Below, piece by piece: positions 58,663-64,000 of a stretch of DNA of 64,000 bases. Position 1 is the first letter of the stretch. Each line of letters starts with the position of its first letter. The DNA is from Planctomycetota bacterium (GTDB taxonomy: Bacteria > Planctomycetota > GCA-2746535). The stretch covers positions 1-64,000 of the forward strand of contig NVWA01000016.1 of assembly GCA_002746535.1 (NCBI GenBank). The letters are read 5' to 3'. The position numbers and the translations under genes were made by a program. Under the pieces are notes generated by a model. The model was not told the DNA's origin. It ran no database searches and saw nothing but the letters and a program-made list of their open reading frames with translations.

Positions 58663-61428
58663 CTATTCAACAGAAATAGCGACCTCCAGGCCTTCTTCTT
58701 CTGTGGCAGTGTATTGCATTGCATTATCATTAAACAATACTTCCCTAGCTTTAACAACCCCAATAATAGAACTTGGCTCTTCTTCTAAAGATTTAAGTAT
58801 TTTACCTTCAGCCTTAATATATATTTTTGCTATAGGATTCTTTGCTTTTAATCCTGCGTCTTTCTTAAGTGCCGAAACGATTGGTTTGATTTTCCCCAAT
58901 AACTCCGTTCGATACATAGCATCTTCATCCATTTTTACTTCAATACTTAATTCGCTCGTTTTATCATCAAATGGATTCTCACACTCACGTTGATAAATAA
59001 TATTGGCTGTTTTTGTAATGGCTTTAACATCTGCATCAACTTTTCTTAATGCTTTCTCAACATCTTCCGAACAAGCTACTGTTAAGGTATCAACTTGTAA
59101 TTTCATTGAATAACTATTTTTTGATTTATAAGTTCTAACCAACGTTAAGAGATCCAATAGTAAATCACCAGCTCTTGAGCTTAGCTCATCTTCAAAGTCA
59201 TCATTCTCCTTAGGGAAAGAAGATACATGAATCGAGATATCACCTTCCGTATCTTTAAATAGCGCTTGATATAATTCTTCCGTAATGTGAGGAATATAAG
59301 GTGCAAATAATTTTAATTGACCTAGTAATAATGAATATAATGTCCACTTAGCAGCATAGGCTGATTCCTCGCCTCTTTTTTCTGGATTCCAAAACCGGTC
59401 TTTAACCAATTCAAGATAATTATCACAGAATGTACCCCAGAAAAATTTAACCAACTCATTTCTAGCTGGGAAAAAGTCATACTTCTCATAGGACTTATGA
59501 TATTGCTTGATTACATTATTAAATCTAGATAAGGCCCAAGAATCAATCGCTTCTAATTTAGGCATTTTTTCATTTGGGTTAAAATCTTCAATAAAAGGAA
59601 TTGCGAATCGACTAGAGTTCCATAATTTATTTAATAATTTATTAGCAGAATCGATTTCTTCTTCATCATAGGCGATATCCATACCCAACGTTCCTGTACA
59701 TGCCCAATAACGAACTGTATCTGAAGAGAATTCATCAAGAATTTTTAATGGTGAAAACTTATCTCCATCTTTACTTTTAGAAATTTTAGACTTTCGTTCA
59801 TAAGCCTTTCCTTCTACTTTTTGACTTTCAACTTTCTGATCTTTTTTAATGACATGCCCTGATATTACGGCATCTTGCCAAGGTATTTCATCAAAATGAT
59901 AATATGCTTTTACAATGGTATAAAAAGCCCAAGTCCGAATAATATCGTGAGCTTGTGGTCTCATAGTCATCGGAAATAATTTTTTATCTTCATTGGGTTC
60001 TCCCCAACGTGAATTTAATTGTGGGGTTATAGAAGAAGTTGCCCATGTATCAAGAACATCCCTTTCAGGAATCAAAGATTCTGGATCATAACCTTTACAA
60101 TCTAACGGTTTATCGACCAATGGATTAACAGGCAATTGGGATTCATCTGCTGTCAGAACAGTCCCATCAGGTGCATACCAAACTGGTATAGGAACACCAA
60201 AATAACGCTGTCTAGAAATAGCCCAATCCCAACTTAAATTTTCAACCCAATCCTTATATCTTTTAAACATATAAGAAGGATACCAATTTACTTTTTCACC
60301 TTGTTTGATTAAAGCCTCTTTATTCTCCACAACTTTAATGAACCATTGTTTTGTTGGTATATACTCTACCGGTGTTCCACATCTTTCATGTGTATTGACA
60401 ATTCGACTCTCAGCATCAAGGTCTACTTGTTTAAATATAATTTTTTCATCAAGCATTTTACTGATAATAGCTTCACGAGCCTTGGTCATATATAGGCCTT
60501 CAAATTCACCAGCACGTTCATTCATCATGCCACTTTGGGTAAAACAAATTCTCAGATCTAAATTATGCTCACGCCACCACTCTATGTCGGTAACATCCCC
60601 AAAGGTACAACACATTACAATTCCTGTTCCTTTTTCTGGATCAGCTTTCTCATCAGCAATAATTTTGACTTTGTGATTGAAAATGGGAACGATTGCATCT
60701 TGACCAATCAATTGTTTATACTTTGAATTATCCGGATGTATAAGCATCGCGACACAACCAGGTAATAATTCTGGTCTTGTCGTTGCAATTGGTATGTCTT
60801 CCCCGGCTTCAGATTTAAAATTTAAATAATTAAAAACAGATCCTTTATTCACATCATCAATTTCTGCTTGGGCAAAAGAAGTTTGGCATTTTGTACACCA
60901 CAGCGTTGGATCTTCTTTATATTCTACATGAGATTTTTTTAACAGATCTAGGAATGACCGTTGTGAAATCCTTTGTGAAGATTCACTTATTGTTGTGTAA
61001 GCAGATGACCAATCACAAGAAAAACCTAGACGTTGCCACAGTTCTTTAAATTGACCTCTATATTCTTTTGATACTTCTTTACAATATTGATTAAACTCTT
61101 CGCGTGGTAGATCAGAACCTTTAATTCCTTTTTCTCTTTCGGTGAGGATTTCAGTAGGCAAGCCATTATCATCAAAGCCAAAAGGATACATCACATTTTC
61201 ACCGAGCATTCGATGGTAGCGAGCAATAACTTCAGCTTGCGTATAGGAAAATACGTGACCTATATGTAGTTTTCCAGATACCGTTGGTGGTGGTGTATCA
61301 ATACTGAAAACTTTTTTATCTGATGTTGGATCATATTTATAAATTTCTTTTTCTTCCCAAAATTTTTGCCAACGAACTTCAGATGACTTGGGATCATATC
61401 TACTGTCTAATTCCATAACTAATTTCAC
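58663..61428 (-). CDS. valS: class I aminoacyl-tRNA synthetase, most like valine--tRNA ligase
   Basis: HIGH-type KLHIGH, ATTRPELLPG / GTGIVMCCTFGD editing-domain pattern, the TGHDIIRTWAFYT-like MRPQAHDIIRTWAF segment and a KMSKS-like KISKSK. Confidence 0.7.
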   Translation of the reverse strand: MKLVMELDSRYDPKSSEVRWQKFWEEKEIYKYDPTSDKKVFSIDTPPPTVSGKLHIGHVFSYTQAEVIARYHRMLGENVMYPFGFDDNGLPTEILTEREKGIKGSDLPREEFNQYCKEVSKEYRGQFKELWQRLGFSCDWSSAYTTISESSQRISQRSFLDLLKKSHVEYKEDPTLWCTKCQTSFAQAEIDDVNKGSVFNYLNFKSEAGEDIPIATTRPELLPGCVAMLIHPDNSKYKQLIGQDAIVPIFNHKVKIIADEKADPEKGTGIVMCCTFGDVTDIEWWREHNLDLRICFTQSGMMNERAGEFEGLYMTKAREAIISKMLDEKIIFKQVDLDAESRIVNTHERCGTPVEYIPTKQWFIKVVENKEALIKQGEKVNWYPSYMFKRYKDWVENLSWDWAISRQRYFGVPIPVWYAPDGTVLTADESQLPVNPLVDKPLDCKGYDPESLIPERDVLDTWATSSITPQLNSRWGEPNEDKKLFPMTMRPQAHDIIRTWAFYTIVKAYYHFDEIPWQDAVISGHVIKKDQKVESQKVEGKAYERKSKISKSKDGDKFSPLKILDEFSSDTVRYWACTGTLGMDIAYDEEEIDSANKLLNKLWNSSRFAIPFIEDFNPNEKMPKLEAIDSWALSRFNNVIKQYHKSYEKYDFFPARNELVKFFWGTFCDNYLELVKDRFWNPEKRGEESAYAAKWTLYSLLLGQLKLFAPYIPHITEELYQALFKDTEGDISIHVSSFPKENDDFEDELSSRAGDLLLDLLTLVRTYKSKNSYSMKLQVDTLTVACSEDVEKALRKVDADVKAITKTANIIYQRECENPFDDKTSELSIEVKMDEDAMYRTELLGKIKPIVSALKKDAGLKAKNPIAKIYIKAEGKILKSLEEEPSSIIGVVKAREVLFNDNAMQYTATEEEGLEVAISVE

Positions 61429-61660
61429 TTGATAAAGGTGTGTATAAAAACGGGAGGATTATAGAAATTTTGCTAATTAATTCAAGACAGCCACGCTTAC
61501 ATTCCAATCTTCTAAGCTTGATTAAACCAACAAAATTATAGTATCTGCAATTAATAAATAATATGTCTACATAGCAGATCTTCTAAATAGGCTTAATATG
61601 TTCAAAAAGTTACTTGGGAGGTATAATTAAAAATATTGTATTTCAAAGAAAGGGTTAACG

Positions 61661-61987
61661 TTGAAAAAATTACACATTGCCATCGGAACACATCAATTCG
61701 AAAAATCTATTCAAGAATATAACATTAAACTCAATCAAAAACCAGATCTAATCATTCACGAAACCTATGCATTATGGCGAACTGCGGATTTAAATTTGTC
61801 ATTGAGAATTCTTGAGGAAGATAAAAACCCGGGCATACGCCATATTGGCTGGGAAGATAATAAGGCAACTAGATTTTGTGAAGAGGCAGATTGCAATGGT
61901 ATCGTTTGGGAACATTTTAGTGCACAGCAACAAGCTGATGAAATTAATGACCTATGGAAAGATACAAATTATTTACCTAATGATTAA
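61661..61987 (+). CDS. hypothetical protein
   Basis: 108-aa ORF, no motif. Confidence 0.3.
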   Translation: MKKLHIAIGTHQFEKSIQEYNIKLNQKPDLIIHETYALWRTADLNLSLRILEEDKNPGIRHIGWEDNKATRFCEEADCNGIVWEHFSAQQQADEINDLWKDTNYLPND

Positions 61988-61997
61988 ATAAGTAACC

Positions 61998-62504
61998 TTA
62001 TTCTTCTTCCGCTGGTGTATCTTCTTTTTTTCTAACAACAATAGGATCAGTGAAAAGTTTTGAATTTGGAATTAATATTTTATCGCCATCATTACTTAAT
62101 TCGGTATATCTTAAATTAATTTTTTCTACAACCCCTTCGAAACCACCCAATTTAATTCGATCATTAATCAAAAAAGGTTTGTATAAAAATATCAAAACTC
62201 CAGCTAATAAATTCGATACAGTATCTTTTAAAGCAAATCCAAGTGCAAAACCCGTAAGACCCAGACTAGCCACTAATGCAGTAACATTAACCTTTAATGT
62301 TCCCAGTGCAGTCACGATACCTATTATGACTAAAATGATTCGAGCCGTTCTAGCAACTAGTGATGTGACATGATCATCAATGTCACGACTTTTAAAGGAA
62401 CGTTGAATTAATCTAAATGCTATTTCGGACAATGTTAAAAAGAGTATAAATGACAAGATTGCCATCAAGATAACTGGTGACCATTCCCAAAAAAATGCTT
62501 CCAT
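61998..62504 (-). CDS. small-conductance mechanosensitive channel (MscS family), short form
   Basis: Pore helix plus beta domain: LGLTGFALGFALKDTVSNLLAGVLIFLYKPFLINDRIKLGGFEGVVEKINLRYTEL. Confidence 0.7.
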   Translation of the reverse strand: MEAFFWEWSPVILMAILSFILFLTLSEIAFRLIQRSFKSRDIDDHVTSLVARTARIILVIIGIVTALGTLKVNVTALVASLGLTGFALGFALKDTVSNLLAGVLIFLYKPFLINDRIKLGGFEGVVEKINLRYTELSNDGDKILIPNSKLFTDPIVVRKKEDTPAEEE

Positions 62505-62517
62505 ACTTTCTCCTGTA

Positions 62518-64000
62518 CTAATTAATTATGTTTTTCTGTTTGTTATTTATAATTCCTGACACCCAAAACCCCAAAGGAAGAATAAATAAATTCACAAACA
62601 ATGCAATCAAAATGGCTGAAAATAAAAGCCATCCGAAATTTGATATCGGTGGAAAATCAATTGCCGCCAAGAACAAAGCAACAGAGCAAATTAAAAAGCT
62701 TGTACCTAATACTGCTCGTCCTTTCTGCGCATAACAGATTTTAATCGCTTCAGCATTTGTATGCTTTAAAGCCAATCGCTGAAAACTTTTAATCAGATGT
62801 ATTGAATCATCAATAGCAATACTGAATGCAATAGAACCCGCCATGACTGTAATACTATTTAAAACAAAATTTAATTTGGTTAATAGACCAAGCATTAATA
62901 CAATAGAAATTCCATTACAAAAAATTGCCATAAAAGACCAACCAATTGTCCTGAACAAAATGCATAACAGTAAAAAAATGGGTAAAACACTATATAAGTA
63001 ACTGTCCAAAAGAGACTTTTGAATCTGCTTTTCTTTTATAAGATAATCATTTTTATCTTTCATCAATTTGCTTTTAATTATACCTAAATCTTCTTTTTCA
63101 ATCACAGCCATAGCTTTGGCCATAAGGACTACAAATTCGGCGGTGGGCATATCTACTGTTCTAATAATTAAAGTACCTTTTTGCCTATTTGTATCAGCCA
63201 ATAAACTCAATCCTCTCGGATTATACTTTTGCAAAATGGTATTAATAAAAAGGATTCCAATTCCAGAGGGCACAGACATATCATCGACCAACTCTCCACT
63301 GCTCAAAGGCTTGCTCAAAAATGAAAATGGTGTTGCATTAATCGCTTTTGTCATCTTTTTGTGCACTTCAGAAATTACACTCGCATATGAATAAACAGCT
63401 GAAATCCCCTCAATGTTAATCAACTTCTTATGAAGCCTAGCCATGATAGATAATGTTGAGCTACTATTTAATCCACCTGATCCCCCCGTATCAAGCTCAA
63501 CTTTAAACACATGAACTCCTCCAAATCTCTCACTCATAGTTTCTAAACCATAGCGAATTTGACTAGATTCGGGTAGATACTGAATAGCTCTTTCATCAGT
63601 TTTTATATCTTTGAAAGACGCAATTGAAAAAACAAAACAAAAGATACAAATAACGCCAGAAATTAGACCTACTTTCTTATTCAAAATAAAAGGCCATAAA
63701 GAAATTCTTTCTTTAATTGATTTTATTTTTCCAACATGATCAGGAGAAAAGAAAATTAATAATGACACACCGGGGCCATAGCTAATAAAGATTGAAATCA
63801 AACTGGCAATGGCACCACATTGACCAAACAAAACCAATTCTTGAATATCTGAAAAAGTAAATGATAGAAATCCTGCGACCGTAGTTAAACATGCCGTTAA
63901 CGAAGGCTTAATGACTTCATTTAACGCCTGCTCTACAATAATATAAAAACTTTCATCATTGGATTCACGGCTTTTTCTTTGCAGTACAATATAAAAATGA
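62518..64000 (-). CDS. MMPL/RND-superfamily transporter (5' end beyond window edge)
   Basis: The frame stays open through position 64000 (my translation upstream of the ORF-track TTG gives ...HFYIVLQRKSRESNDESFYIIVEQALNEVIKPSLTACLTTVAGFLSFTFSDIQELVLFGQCG...). It has a 6-TM SSD-like bundle and a large periplasmic loop. Confidence 0.55.
   Translation of the reverse strand, partial: HFYIVLQRKSRESNDESFYIIVEQALNEVIKPSLTACLTTVAGFLSFTFSDIQELVLFGQCGAIASLISIFISYGPGVSLLIFFSPDHVGKIKSIKERISLWPFILNKKVGLISGVICIFCFVFSIASFKDIKTDERAIQYLPESSQIRYGLETMSERFGGVHVFKVELDTGGSGGLNSSSTLSIMARLHKKLINIEGISAVYSYASVISEVHKKMTKAINATPFSFLSKPLSSGELVDDMSVPSGIGILFINTILQKYNPRGLSLLADTNRQKGTLIIRTVDMPTAEFVVLMAKAMAVIEKEDLGIIKSKLMKDKNDYLIKEKQIQKSLLDSYLYSVLPIFLLLCILFRTIGWSFMAIFCNGISIVLMLGLLTKLNFVLNSITVMAGSIAFSIAIDDSIHLIKSFQRLALKHTNAEAIKICYAQKGRAVLGTSFLICSVALFLAAIDFPPISNFGWLLFSAILIALFVNLFILPLGFWVSGIINNKQKNIIN

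Noticed and set aside
1-64000. CRISPR arrays, IS elements, integrases and prophage modules.
   Set aside because: No direct-repeat or spacer periodicity, and no transposase, integrase or phage structural motifs were seen. tRNA-His is not followed by an integrase.

Overview
The window is a 64-kb AT-rich bacterial chromosomal segment with roughly 55 protein-coding genes and one tRNA (tRNA-His). I found no rRNA, CRISPR, transposase or integrase. Several genes point to a Bacteroidota-like organism: a DUF4835-like gene next to coaB, two heparinase II/III-like proteins, an OlsF-like bifunctional acyltransferase, an ECF sigma factor, a Cys-type sulfatase and a ThuA-like protein. This is inference from sequence alone and is not confirmed. 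Housekeeping content is rpmF-plsX-fabH-fabD-acpP, rlmD, a valS-like class I aminoacyl-tRNA synthetase and coaB. Two accessory loci stand out. The first is a minus-strand operon encoding an NfeD/YqiJ-like membrane protein, a 700-aa flotillin and a 1760-aa protein carrying an AAA_5-type ATPase module, followed by an AraC regulator (21961..30094). The second is an 11-kb minus-strand operon of eight tightly overlapping genes (35395..46452). It encodes two ABC-2-type permeases, an ABC ATPase, three SPFH (HflK/HflC-like) paralogues (one fused to a polytopic membrane domain), a CPx-type P-type ATPase that lacks an N-terminal metal-binding domain, and a secreted protein. It lies beside a heparinase II/III-like gene. 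Neither gene combination matches a system I can name. Other oddities are a coaB whose conserved N-terminus is encoded upstream of its first ATG, a keto-synthase-like protein lacking the catalytic Cys after acpP, a LuxI-like N-acyltransferase coupled to an ECF sigma factor that has a membrane-spanning C-terminal extension, and a membrane-anchored MutS-family ATPase just downstream of tRNA-His.
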